Positions 36,704 to 50,504 of a stretch of 64,000 bases of DNA are shown one piece after another. The DNA lies in assembly GCF_006345805.1 (NCBI RefSeq), contig NC_043005.1, forward strand, positions 78,988,001 through 79,052,000, read 5' to 3'. The notes under the pieces are model-generated. The model was given only the letters and a program-made list of their open reading frames with translations. It had not been told where the DNA came from and did no database searches. The DNA is from Octopus sinensis (lineage: Eukaryota). Positions within the stretch are counted from its first letter, which is position 1, and each line of letters opens with the position of its first letter. A program made the position numbers and the translations under genes.

Positions 36704-37497
36704 GAGTTAGCAGAATCGGTAGCAGGTCGGGCGAAATGCATAGCGGTATTTCGTCTGCCGTTACTTTCTGAGTTCAAATTCGGCCGAGGTCAACTTTGCC
36801 TTTCATCCTTTCGGGGGTCGATAATTTAAGTACCAGTTACGCACTGAGGTCGATATAATCGACTTAATCCGTTTGTCTGTCCTTGTTTGTTCCATCTGTG
36901 TTTAGCCCCTTGTGGGTAGTAAAGAAAGGTCTTTCGTCTTTCGTCTGTCGTTACGTTTTGACTTCAAATTCCGCAGAGGTCGACTTTGCCCTTCATCCTT
37001 TCGGAGGTCGATAACTTAATTACCAGTTGCATACTGGGGCGATCTAATCGACTGGCCTCCTCCCTCAAAATTTCGGGCCTTGTGCCTACAGTAGAAAAGA
37101 ATCGTTAGCAAACCTGGCAAAATGTTAGCAGCATTTCGTTCGTCTTTACGTTCTGAATTCAAATTTCTCCGAGACTTTACATTTAATATTTTCGGAGTCG
37201 ATAGATGTAATCGACTTAACCCTTCTTCCGAAACTGCTGGCCTTGTGCCAAAAATAGAAACCGCTACCAATTATTATTAAGGTGGCGAGCTGGCAGAATC
37301 TTTAGCACACTTGACAAAATTCTTAGTGGCATTTGGTCCGTGTTTGCGTTCTGAGTTCAAATTTCGCTGGAGTCGACTTTAGCTTTTATCGTTCGAGGTC
37401 GATAAAAACAAGTACCAGATGAGCATTGGGGGCTGTTGTAATCGATTTACACCCGCCTCCAAAACTCCTGGCCTTGTGCCAAAATTTGAAACCAATA
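36704..37497 (+). mobile_element. four tandem SINE family A monomers with three different tails
   Basis: Monomers ~36704-36928 (tail 2), 36929-37100 (headless, tail 1), 37100-37262 and 37278-37497 (tail 3, ctggccttgtgccaaaa...gaaacc). Confidence 0.9.
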
Positions 37498-37681
37498 TTA
37501 TGTGATAGAAGGGAGTAGGGTTATACCAAATGCGTAAAACGTTCTGTTGTCAAATACAAGCCTCCATCTTCAACTGTGCTGCATATGCACTTGGAAAATC
37601 TATAGGTCTGAATTAAGCAATATATTACTAATAAATTTGTATAGGCGGAAAGTATATACAATCCCGGCACGCAGATTGTAT

Positions 37682-38094
37682 CTCTATTTACTCTATTTTA
37701 CTTGTTTCAGTCTTTTGACTGTGGCCATGCTGGAGCACTGCCTTTAGTCGAGCAAATCGACCCCAGGACTTTTCAATACTTATTCTATCGGTGTCTTTTG
37801 CTGAACCGCTAAGTTACGGGGAAGTAAACGCACCAGCATCGGTTGTAAAGCAATATTGGGGGAGGGGTGACAAACACACACACACACACACACTCACACA
37901 CACACACATATATATATACATATATATACATACTACGGGCTTCTTTCAGTTTCCGCCTACCAAGTCCACTCACAAGGCTTTAATCGACCCGAGGCTATAG
38001 TAGAGGACGCTTGCCCAAGGTGCCACGCAGTGGGACTGAACCCGGAACCATGTGGTTGGTAAGCAAGCTACTTACCACACAGCCACTCCTACGC
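37682..38094 (-). mobile_element. full-length SINE family B
   Basis: Head ggcgtaggagtggctgtgtggtaagtagcttgcttaccaaccacatggttccgggttcagtccc, internal (TA)/(TG), hairpin tail. Confidence 0.93.
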
Positions 38095-38399
38095 CTATAT
38101 CTATGTGTGAAAACGTTACAGCCTTGTCACAGACTGTATTAGCGTAATTTTACCCGATAATTATTTTAAGCTTACATGCATCTACAGAATATTCGACCAC
38201 ATGCATGTTAATTCAGGATCAATTAATTCAGCTGATCGAGAAGTTAAATCCTCATCGTTCAACGACGGGGATCCATCATTAGCAGACAGTGCGGACGATT
38301 TCATTAATTTTTTTTTTTTGCACGCTGATTATGTTGTTGTAATGTTTAATGTTGGTGACAAAGACCACATCATTTTAACTATCGATTTCCTCTTGTCAG

Positions 38400-39420
38400 A
38401 GTAGTTCTGTTAATGATGATGATGATGATGATGACGATGATCGTGGTCTTAGTGGTGGTGGTTGTGGTGGTGGTGATGAGGAGAAGAAGGTGAAGGAGGA
38501 GGAGGGGTGAAATAGTAATAGAGCTGACGATGAGGGTGATGGTGGTGAGGAGAAGAAGGAGGTGGTGGCGGAGCAGAAGTAGGAGGAGGAGGGGGAAATG
38601 GTAATAGAGGTGATGATGATAACGATGAAGTTGGTAATGATGATTATGAAAACGATTATGATGACATGACGATAGCGAAAGGATGATGTTGTTCATATTG
38701 CTATTGTCTTCATGATATTCCCAGTAGTTTTTCCTGTATCTAATCTCTTTCTTAATCTCTTTCTTTTTCCTTTACTTTTCACTGTTCCTCATGCACAACG
38801 CTGTCCTCCGCCACCACACCCTCATACTTCACCTCCTCCTTCTTTCCTCTTCCTCTCCTTCTACATCTTCTGTTGTTGTTCTTCATCTGACTTCTTCCTT
38901 TCATCCTTCTTTTCTTTTCTCATCTTCTTCCTTTTCTTCACATCGTCTCCTTCTTCATCTATAGTTGTTATTCTTGTTCATAGCCTCATTCCACTTCTCT
39001 TCTTCTTCTTCTTCTTCTTCTTTCTCTTCTCCCCCACCTCCTTCTTCGTTTTTTGTTCTTCCTTTCCATGTCCCTCTCCACCTCATCCACCTCCTCTTCT
39101 CCCTTTTTTGTTCTTCCCCTCCATCTCGCCCTCCTCTTCTTCATACTATACCACACCCGTCTTCTGCCTCCTCCTTCTTCTCCCTTCTCCCAGCTCTTCC
39201 CCTTCCTCTCCACCTCCACCTCCTCCCCCACACCCCATTCATACCCATCTACTCCATACCTACGTCCCATCCCCCACCTCCCCTTCACCCTCCTCTTCCT
39301 CCTTCTGCTCCTTCTACCCCTCCTTATCCACTCCCCCGCTCCCTTCCCATCACCCTCACCCTCACCCTCACCGTCCCCCTCCTGCTCCTCTTCCTCCCTT
39401 TTCCTTGTTTTTCGTTTCCG
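38400..39420. repeat. low-complexity tract: purine-rich (GAT/GGT/GGA) then long pyrimidine-rich (CCT/CTT)
   Basis: Direct inspection; explains the Pro/Ser/Phe-rich ORFs here. Confidence 0.9.
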
Positions 39421-40341
39421 TCGCCATTGTTGCATTTGCCGTTATTGTCGTCAGCCATTATCCTTCACATAGATTCAAGTAAATTAGTTTTGAATTTATT
39501 GCTATCATAGTTAACCTGTTGAGTCTATTTTTCCCAGCCCCTCCTCATAATTACGCTTTTATTCCGTTTGTGTCCTGTGGTGTTTGAATATTATAAATCT
39601 TTTATATAGATTCGATGCAGTCTTTCTATATAACTAGTCAACGTAGGACAGAATCATTGATTTTGTAAGCAATGTTCACTTCGTTACAACGGTTAAGTTT
39701 ATGGATGGTCTCATCTGTTATTTGCGCTCCGCTCATCGATTATCTGTTCTTTGTACAGTTTCTCTATTATGTAATTGTTATGTCAAAGTTCATCTCCAAG
39801 TAACATTATTTTACAAGAATTGTTCTTTTATTCTAAAATGTTTCATTAGAAGCACATACTTAAAACAAGCTTTTTCTAAGTGTATTTTATAACTATGGGA
39901 TTATGAAACAACAATAAGTTTCTATTAACTACTAAGATAATAAGATTTGTTCATCATGGGGAGAAAATGTTCATTATATTTATTGTCTATCTGGATAATG
40001 ATATGGATGTACGCATGGATGCACGGGTGCTGCTATGTATGCTGGTATATATGTTTGTATGTATGTACGTCAGTCTGTATGTGTGAGTAATATATAGATG
40101 AATATATATGTATACACACACAAACATATATATATATAATATATATACATGAGCACACACACATACACACACATGTATGTAAGTATATATATATATATAT
40201 GTAATAAATATATACATACATGATATATATGCATATAAATATATATATACATACATATACATGTATATATATATACATATATGTATACCTGCCTCTGTGT
40301 GTGATAGTATGTATATTAAGCACATGCACATACTCTTGTAT

Positions 40342-40385
<44 letters not shown>

Positions 40386-40923
40386 AATACATACTTACGC
40401 ATATGCTTACAATAACGTATATCTGAGCATCTGTGCGTATATATGTATGCATGTGTGTGTATATGTGCGTATATATATATATATATACGTACGAATAGAA
40501 GCATACACATATATACATATGATTCTATGTGCACATCCATGTGTGTGTTTGTATTACCATACATACATAAACTCATACATACATACGTGCAAAAATACAT
40601 ACGTATACGTAGGTATCCTCGTGGATACATGCATACATGTATAGACGCATATATGCGTTTGCGTGCAAACATGTGTGTGCCCGCACGTATGTGTATGTGT
40701 GTGTCTGCATTAAATGAAAAAAGAAAGATTGGTTATTTTTCCAGTCTATTATAGAAATATACAAGCAGAAACCTCATCGATATATACGTACCAGACGTAC
40801 AGGCATAGGAACATTCTGCAAGTTAAACATAACACTCGCAAACTAATACACACATATATTATAAATATACACTTATAAATATATATATATGCATATATAT
40901 TATATATATATATTATATATATA

Positions 40924-40978
<55 letters not shown>

Positions 40979-41131
40979 ATATATTATGTATATATAAATC
41001 CTTAGTTAAATATATTCAATGAGAATATATACTGAATATATAGGTTGGGTGCTCTATTGTATCAAAGTATTAATACTATTGAAGTATTTATGTATTTAAT
41101 ACCAGCGATTATATATATTTTATAACATATA

Positions 41132-41169
<38 letters not shown>

Positions 41170-41292
41170 GCACATACATACATGCATACAAGTGTGTGAG
41201 CGTTTATGTGTGTGTATCTATGTAATTTATGTATTAATATGTATATAAATTTATGAACATAATGTATATTAATTAATAGCGCATTATAGAGT

Positions 41293-41780
41293 ATACTCTT
41301 TTACTCTTTTACTTGTTTCACTCATTTGACTGCGACCATGCTGACGCACCGCCTTTAGTCGAGCAAATCTACCCCAGGCCTTATTCTTTGTAAGCCTAGT
41401 ACTTATTATATCGGGTTCTTTGCGTGCTAAGTAGCTTGCTTGCGAACCACATGGTTCCTGCTTCAGTCCCACTGCATGGCACCGTGGGCAAGTGTCTTCT
41501 GCTATGGCGTCGGGCTGACAAAAGCCTTGTGAGTGGATTTGTTAGACGGAAACTAAAAGAAGCCCGTCGTATATATGTATATATATAAAGTATATATATA
41601 TATATATCGCTTCATAACCGATACTGGTGTGTTTATGTCCCCGTAGTTTAGCGATTCGGCAAAAGAGACCGATAGAATAAGTACTAGGCTTAGATAGAAT
41701 AAGTCCTGGGGTCGATTTGCTCGACTAAAGGCGGTGCTCCTGCATGGCCACAGTCAAATGACTGAAACAAGTAAAAGACT
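41293..41780. mobile_element. inverted SINE family B pair: minus-strand tail (41293-41414) and plus-strand full copy (41420-41780)
   Basis: Tail sequence occurs in both orientations around a head and (TA)n. Confidence 0.85.
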
Positions 41781-41839
41781 AAAACAACATATATATACAT
41801 ATACATACGTATGTGTATATGCATGAAATTCGTGTAATA

Positions 41840-42180
41840 CGAGGTCTGACCAAGAAGTATCCGGACTGTTGGCATAGTAACGAAGCTAAAGCACACAGAG
41901 CGAAGCCGTTTCGCATAGATTAATTTTGAACTCTGCTCTGCCTGCGCACTAAGTTTTAACGTTCTTGGAGACCCGCAATCAGCAGAACTGTGAGGAGAAA
42001 TCCTTGAATCACCATCTGTGAGTTATCAGAGGATGTGCAGATTAGTTACCGTTCAGTTCAGTCCATTCTCACTGAAGATTTGGGTATGAGACGCGTGTCT
42101 GTCAAGTTTGTGCCAAAACTGTTTTCAGCTGACTAAGAAGAAACTCGGATTTCATTTGCAAAACATCTCCTTGATTCTTT
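41840..42180 (+). mobile_element. 5' part of a mariner element, truncated at an RTE insertion
   Basis: TA|cgaggtctgaccaagaagtatccggac end; ITICELSEDVQISYRSVQSILTEDLGMRRVSVKFVPKL. Confidence 0.85.
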
Positions 42181-42184
42181 TACA

Positions 42185-42628
42185 CTAGGCATCCGTCGGT
42201 CTCGAGAGGCCATGGATCTGCGTTCGAAGAAATCGTTTGAGCTGCTGATGTTGATGCAGCGTTTGTTGCTGCCGCACAGGCCCACCGGGGAGTGGCAGTC
42301 GTGCATGTAATGAATGCATTTGAAGGCGCTCTCTGACGGTGCTACTGGTTTTTCCTTCCATCAAACGCGCTTTACTTTGGTGGCGGGTTCCTGTTTATTC
42401 TCTGCTAGCCTTCTCACGTAGTATTTGTCGCCAGCGTGGGCGATTATTTGCAACCGACTCCCATCTCTGGACGCCCAGATCAATCGACGTCATATCCTTC
42501 TTACGGATGTCCTTGAAAAGAAGATGAGGTCGTACTCGTGCTCTTGTGCCGGTGGCCAATTCCCCATGCAGAAGGTCTTTTGGAATCCTTCTGTCCGGAA
42601 TTGGATGTACAGGGCCGAGCCTGTGCCA
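42185..42628 (-). mobile_element. 3' end of an RTE (BovB-like) LINE
   Basis: Minus frame RRIPKDLLHGELATGTRARVRPHLLFKDIRKKDM...RWESVANNRPRWRQ, degenerate zinc finger FKCIHYMHDCHSPVGL, tail atccatggcctctcgagaccgacggatgcc. Confidence 0.9.
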
Positions 42629-43057
42629 TGTATATGTATATATATATATATATAGGCATGTGTGTATATATGTATATGCAAATATTTTTTATTTATTTTA
42701 TCTTTTACTTGTTTAGTCATTATACGGCGACCATGCTGGGGTATATATAGGTATAGTGCAAAGCAGAACAATAAGACTAATTTTACTATTTAGCAAGTGA
42801 GTTTCGTGCATTGTCACATATGAAATAAATACAAATGCACAAAAATCTCGGGCCTTGAACCAGTCTGTTGCTACTACTAAAGATATATACATATGTGTGT
42901 GTGTGTGTACATGTGTATGTGTGTGTCTGTATATGTGTGCGTATGAATGCCGGTATGTATGAAAATATATATGTATATACATACAAAATTATATGATATT
43001 TAGAGTAAATGATAGAAAGATAGATACATAGGAAGAGAGACAGACAGATATATGGAT

Positions 43058-43129
<72 letters not shown>

Positions 43130-43344
43130 GGATAGATGGATAGATAGAGAGTGAGAGAGAGAGAGAAAGAGAGAGATAGGAAGACACTTAGAAGTCAATA
43201 TAAAACGTGGTAATTATGGGACGAATGCTATAGGACAAAAGAAAACATATATGAGGGAACAAACGGCACTCGAACTTGATTAAGACGTGTCACCTTGGGA
43301 CCAACCAAAGCCTTGTGAGTAGATTTGGTAGACACAAACTTAAG

Positions 43345-43384
<40 letters not shown>

Positions 43385-43404
43385 ACATATGTAATAAATG
43401 AATA

Positions 43405-43652
43405 AAGGCGCCCTTTTAAAGCCTAGCTAGGCTCATGGGCCCAGGTTCCCGGTTTCTATGGAGTATGCGTTGGCCAGCTGGACGGAACGCCAGTCCATCG
43501 CAGCGTTACTCATTTTTGTCAGCTGAGTGGACTGGAGGAACGTGAAATGAAGTGTTTTGCTCAAGAACACAACGCGTGGCCCGGTCCAGAATTCGAAACC
43601 ACAATCTTACGATCATGATGCTGATACCCTAACCAGTAAGCCACGCGCCTCC
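43405..43652 (-). mobile_element. SINE family C with tail type i
   Basis: Head ggaggcgcgtggcttactggttaggg..., CORE-like ttcttgagcaaaacacttcatttcacgttcctccagtccactcagctg, then ctgcgatggactggcg...gaaaccgggaacc. Confidence 0.85.
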
Positions 43653-43763
43653 CACACACACACACACACACACGCATATACATTATATATATATATACAT
43701 ATATACATATATATATATATATACTTATATACTATTATATTATATCTATATATACTATATAGA

Positions 43764-43814
<51 letters not shown>

Positions 43815-43989
43815 ATATATCTATATAATACTATAATATATATCTATATATATACTATTATATTATATAAATTATTATATATTATATATATATTATATAT
43901 ATATATGCATACTACACACACACATATATACATGCACACAGGCATAATATATTTATGTGTGTATGTCTTTGTGTCTGTGTTTGACCCTA

Positions 43990-44185
43990 TCAACATGGCT
44001 TAACAACCGATGTTCGTTGATTTACATCCCTGTAACTTTACGTTTCGGTAAAAGACTCTGATAGAATAACTACTAGGCTTACAAAGAATAAGTCCTGGGA
44101 TCGATTTCTTCGCCTAAAAAACATCCATTGAAGCGGTGCTCCAGCATGGCGACAGTCAGATGACTGAAACAAGGAAACGAGTAGA
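43990..44185 (+). mobile_element. SINE family B, 3' half, variant tail
   Basis: ...gcggtgctccagcatggcgacagtcagatgactgaaacaag; the stem is kept and the loop changes to agat. Confidence 0.85.
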
Positions 44186-44712
44186 AAAATATAGTCACCC
44201 CCCATACATATATGTATATCAAACGATAAATGATACTGTAATCGTGAGTGTGTGTATGTGTGCGTGTGTTGATATGTAGCTGTTGCGAGTTCCTATATAC
44301 ATGCATCTTTCATTCCCAAATGCACTCTCTCTCTCTCTCACTTTCGCTCTGTTTAAACGTTTGCATATTTGTTTATATTTGTACTTGCATTGTAAGGGTA
44401 CAACAGATTAGTCTGAAGGACAACAGAAATGTTTGATTATCCAAAACATTACACCCATATCATCAGAAACAAACACCACATTTACTAAAATAATAAAAAT
44501 ATAATATTAAAAACTTGCTAAATGTTTAAAGTATAACCTTTATCTAAAGTATATTTTCACCGAGTTTATATGATATATATTATTCAAAACCAACTGCTTG
44601 ATGTGGTATTGAATATTCTGACGTATAAATAGATCGTGCATATACAAGAGAATGAGTGTGAAGAGTAAATTCACACAAACTCTTGTAATTTTTTTATAAG
44701 TGCCTTTTTCTT

Positions 44713-44747
<35 letters not shown>

Positions 44748-44942
44748 GTTTATGCTTCTACATGCACACATTCTGATAAGAATACTAGTACGTGTGTGCT
44801 TGGTGTGAAAATTTGTGTGTATGCGTTTGCATCCGATATTTCGCATTCAGGTTTTGCTACATGCGTCCACACAGTGAAGTATATGCCTATGTTAGCAGAC
44901 AATAAAAACGATATAGAAATACACCTACCTACATAAATACAC

Positions 44943-44984
<42 letters not shown>

Positions 44985-45598
44985 TTAAGCATCAGTTTGT
45001 GATTGTGTGTGTGTGCGCGTGTCTGCGTGTGTGATGATGATAGCAGCAGAGGTACCATTAATGATTCAAATTCCGGTAAACATCAAGAGCCGAGTTCCCG
45101 CCGCCCGATCACAGTTGTCTCCAGAAGGCAGCATCTATCGTACAAAACATCCATCTGTCATTTGTCACAACCTAACGATTAACCACAAGACATGCTTTCA
45201 TTTATTTTTGATTCGCTTCCATTTCATCATTCTTTTACTTTTTTTCACAGTTTTTTTACACACACACACACACACACGCACACGTCCCTGCTTCTTTCGA
45301 TGTAGTGTTCAGATTCATGTGTACGCTCTCGTATTAATCTATATTTTTTTTAATCGTTTGTGTTGCAACTTATTTAATTCTATTCCATTTATTTTTTGAT
45401 AATTTATAACACGTGCTATATGAGGTTTTATCGTAATGCTATTTAAGTTCTCTTTATCTCGCTTTCAATACCACCTCACTCTCTGTCCGTCAATCTATCT
45501 ATCTATCTACCTATCTATCTACCTATCTATCTATCTATCTATCTATCTACCTATCTATCTATCTATCTATCTACCTACCTATCTATCTATCTACCTAC

Positions 45599-45657
<59 letters not shown>

Positions 45658-45973
45658 CCTATCTATCTATCTATCTATCTACTTCTCTCTCTATATATAC
45701 ACCTGTATGTTATGACCTTTATACGTGTATATATATATGTATAAATGTATATATGTATATATGTATATCTATCTATCTATTTAATGGTGTGTGTGTGTGT
45801 ATGTGTATGCGAGAATATGCATGGATATGAATATATGAATATATGAACATATGAATTTATAGATGTATAAGCATATGTGTGCATGTGCGCGTGTGTGTAT
45901 GTGTGTGTGTAGTGGCCGATCGATGTACACATATGAGAATATACACACTATTTATATGTAAACATATAGACAT

Positions 45974-46008
<35 letters not shown>

Positions 46009-46830
46009 TATATATGTGTGTATGTATGTGTGTTTCTCTGTGTGTATGAATTATATGAATATATGCTTACGTAAACGTATGCGATTTCCTATCTATCTAC
46101 ATCTATATGAATATCTACACACACGCATCTATACACACATATGTGTGTGTGTACACACACACACACACACACACCCAACACACATATATATATATATATA
46201 TATAGATATATATATATATATATGTACATATATGTCCATTTATCTATCTACCTATCTATATATCTTTATCCCTTCATAATCATTTATATATTTTATATTT
46301 ATCTGTCAGCATGTATGCTTCTGACGAACATTTTTACTGCATACACCAACCAATTATTGCTGGGTTCCTTCGGGGCATTCTCAATAATTGATACCATAAA
46401 CATTATCTAATTTGTTGTAAAGCATCCTTATATACTTACACTGATAATTTTTTTTACATGTATATCGACACTAAAATGGTTTATACTTGCTATTTTTCTT
46501 GAATATATCCACCTTGTTTGTTTAGCAACTTTCTGAAGTATATATACATACATAACATACATATATATATAATATATATAGATATATATATATATATATA
46601 TTACTTTTCAACATGTCTTTTTTATTATCTCTTCTTTCTATCATCCTTTTTCCCTTTCTTCATCAAGTCTTTTTAGTTCTTCGTTAAGATATTTGCTATT
46701 TCGTTCCATTCCCAAAACGCTATTATATATTCTTTAATATTTTTATTAGTAAACGTTGATTCATGTATCCGTCTGTGATATATATATATATATATAGATA
46801 TATATATATATATATTTTTATAATACATAC

Positions 46831-46907
<77 letters not shown>

Positions 46908-47181
46908 TTATATACACACATATATATATATATATATATATGCATCCTTATTTGCTAATGAAGTTGGTTACTTGCAATTTATCTCCCCTTTTTAGTCACT
47001 ATTGAATTATTGTTTTTCATTTATTTCTTATTTATTCATGATGTTTCTCTTCATATATTTATTTGGTATCGTATTATGTTTTTTATTAAATATATTGTTA
47101 ACTATCCTTTCGGCGTAATATTGAGGCAAATTATTCCCCGGTTAACAACACATTAATGATGATGATATTAATAGTAATAAT

Positions 47182-47243
<62 letters not shown>

Positions 47244-48062
47244 TATAATAATAATAATTATAAGAATAATAATAATAATATGTATCTATCACTTTCTCTC
47301 TCTATATATATATGTACATATATATATACATATATATATATGTATTTGTATACATTCTTAGGTACATAATCACACATATGTGTATATATGTATGCATACA
47401 CACACATATATATACAGGGATATCTAATTATATAAATACTATATATGATACTACGCATGTATGCACGTGTATATATGTATTTAAGTATATATTTATATAC
47501 ATATATATATACTTCATAGATATATATATTTATACACATACAGACACACACACACATATATATGTATATGTATATGTATATATATATAAAAAAAATATAT
47601 ATATGTATAATTAGATGTATACTTATATAGCTATATGATGCTTTTATGGTTATGAATAAACCTAAAACTTTTAACATTATTGTTTGTTTTTGCTTATCCT
47701 GCTTTATTGTAGTTCTACTTCATTTTATATTATCCATCCATTTTCGTTTGAAAAATACTCCACCATTAACTTCCTAACGAGGAGAATATCAAGTGCAACT
47801 GAAGTCTTTATTTGTGTCCACATTTCTTATCAGAACAATTTGAATGATATATCTATGATAACTATACATCTTCATGCTTTCCTCAATAATGAGCCAATGA
47901 CCCATTCTTCTATGTGGCCCTTGTATTAGCTAGAAATAGCAGTTTAATTTCTATTGTCAAATATTTTAGGAGTAGCTGGGATATATCGACACTGAATTAA
48001 CTATTAAAAATAATAAGCACATACTTATCACATCGACGATGCTTTATCTCTACTAAATATCG

Positions 48063-48432
48063 TGGCACACCGTCGGTTACGACGACGTTGGTTTCAGTTG
48101 ACCCGAGCAATGGAACTGCATGTTCGTTAAATTAGCCTGCAACTGCCTGAGCACTCCATAGATAGGTGTACCCTTAACATAGTTCTCGGGGGGATTCAGC
48201 GTGACACAGCGTGACAAGGCCGGCCCTTTGAAATACAGGTTCAGCAGGAGAAAGAGTGAGAGAAAGTTGTGGTGAAAGTGTACAGCAGGTTTCGCCACCA
48301 CCCCTTGCCGGATCCTCGTTGAGCTCTAGGTGTTTTCGCTTAATAAACACTCACAACGCCCGGTCTGGGAATTGAAACCGCAATCCTACGACCGCGAGTC
48401 TGCTGCCCTAACCACTGGCCCATTGCACCTCC
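48063..48432 (-). mobile_element. SINE family D
   Basis: Homologous along its length to 32853-33242; tail cgtcgtcgtaaccgacggtgtgcc. Confidence 0.9.
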
Positions 48433-48542
48433 ACACTAAGTATACAAGTAGATGTGTTACGCAAGTTTAATTCTGAGGCTTGGCAATGAAAAAAAGGGGG
48501 AGAACACTTTTCGAACGTAAATAAAGTGGAAATATTCAAAAA

Positions 48543-48917
48543 TCTCTCTCTATATAAATGGCAGTTTGTCTGTGCGTGTTTCTGTGTGTCTGTTTGCTTG
48601 TACCTTCACCCTGACCACGGCTTTCAACCGATTCTGATGAAACTTGACACACACATAGCCCAATGTCATAATTCAAAACTAACGCAGCGAAAATTTTGAA
48701 AAGTTCCCCCAGTTCTGAAAAAAATCAATAAATTCGACATGGGGTCCAGAATCAGAAACACAAACTGTCTAGGGGACGCAACTCCACCTTTTTCAACTAA
48801 AAAAAAATTTACCATCATTTTTTTCCATTTTTTTGCTATGTTTTGGCTATAACTCTCTAAAAATGCTTTATAGTTATTTCCCTTACAAACCTGAGCAACG
48901 CCGGGCGATACTGCTAG
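48543..48917 (+). mobile_element. non-autonomous Helitron
   Basis: A|TC 5' end, subterminal hairpin cctgagcaacgccggg, CTAG|T 3' end. Confidence 0.85.
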
Positions 48918-48944
48918 TAAACAATATTTTCCATCTTACTGTTA

Positions 48945-49148
48945 CTCTCTTTACTCTTTTACTCTTTTACTTGTTTCAGTCATTTGACTGCGGCCATGCT
49001 GGAGCACCGCCTTTAGTCGAGCAAATCGACCCCGAGACTTATTCTTTGTAATCCCAGTACTTATTCTATCGGTCTCTTTTGCCGAACCGCTAAGTGACGG
49101 GGACGTAAACACACTAGCATCGGTTGTCAAGCAATGCTAGGGGGACAA

Positions 49149-49207
<59 letters not shown>

Positions 49208-49372
49208 CATATATACGACAGGCTTCTTTCAGTTTCCGTCTACCAAATCCACTCACAAGGCATTGGTCGGCCCGAGGCTATAGCAGAAGGCACTTGCCCA
49301 AGATGCCACGCAGTAGGACTGAACCCGGAACCATGTGGTTGGTTAGCAAGCTACTTACCACACAGCCACTCC
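48945..49372 (-). mobile_element. full-length SINE family B, close to the apparent consensus
   Basis: Intact head, (TA)n core and double-hairpin tail with (aaagagt)n end. Confidence 0.93.
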
Positions 49373-50158
49373 TAGTTATCTTTCATATTGAAAATAGAAA
49401 TTATTTCATGGTTTATTATTGTGAATTCTATATATGAGGGCACCAAAATATTTTAAGTGCTTAGGGCCTCTATGGATCTTATTTCGGCCCTGGATAATAT
49501 AGATACCTCTATGTATACCTCTAACAGCCTAATGATTCCCACTGATACTCCTATGATAACATGTCTGGTCAATTAAAAGGGATCGGTTTTGTGATAAACA
49601 AATCAGTGATTAATATATTTGTGTTCGATTCTGCCGGAAAGGATTAAGAATAAATATGTCAGTCAACATTCCAGTTATCGTAGTTGCCCTGTGCAAGTAA
49701 TTATTTATGTATGTATGTATGTATGTATGTAGGTATGTATGTATATATGTATGTATGTATGTATGTTTGTATGTATGTATGTATGTATGTATGTATGTTT
49801 GTATGTATGTGTGTGTGTATGTATGTAGGTAGGTAGGTATTTATGTGCGTGTGTATGTGTATGTATGTATGTATGAATGTATGTATGTATGTATGTATAT
49901 GTATATATATGTTTTTTTTTGCTGGAAATAGTTAGAAATCATGGTCTGGGAAATAATTGAGATGGTAAAGGTTTTTTAATTTTCAATCCTTTCGAGAATT
50001 TATCCTTAATTGGTGGTTTCTAGCACAAGGCTTTCCTAATTAGAAGCCTCTTGTTGTATTTCTATGTGAATTATATATAGTCAAATGACTAATTCGGTTT
50101 TTGTGCTAGGCCACAGGTAATAATGATTTCTTATTACCCTATTATATATATATATATG

Positions 50159-50221
<63 letters not shown>

Positions 50222-50443
50222 GCATGTATGTATATATCGAAAGGGGGAGTAGATAGACAACCGACAACTGATGAAGGGTCCTTTCTCAGTGTTAATTTGT
50301 CTCGTTCTCCAATTTTTTCTCCTTGGTAACGTATCTCATTCGTTTTTTCCTCGATTGTTTACGTATATCATATTTTTTGTACCGTTTGTGACGTCCTGTA
50401 CCCATAAATGTATATATGTATATACATATATAATATATTATTA

Positions 50444-50482
<39 letters not shown>

Positions 50483-50504
50483 TATATATATACTTTTGTT
50501 TTCT

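Noticed and set aside
38712-39510. 256-aa Pro/Ser/Phe-rich ORF, the longest in the track
   Set aside because: Arises from a stop-poor pyrimidine tract; all frames are open, with no domain or splice context.
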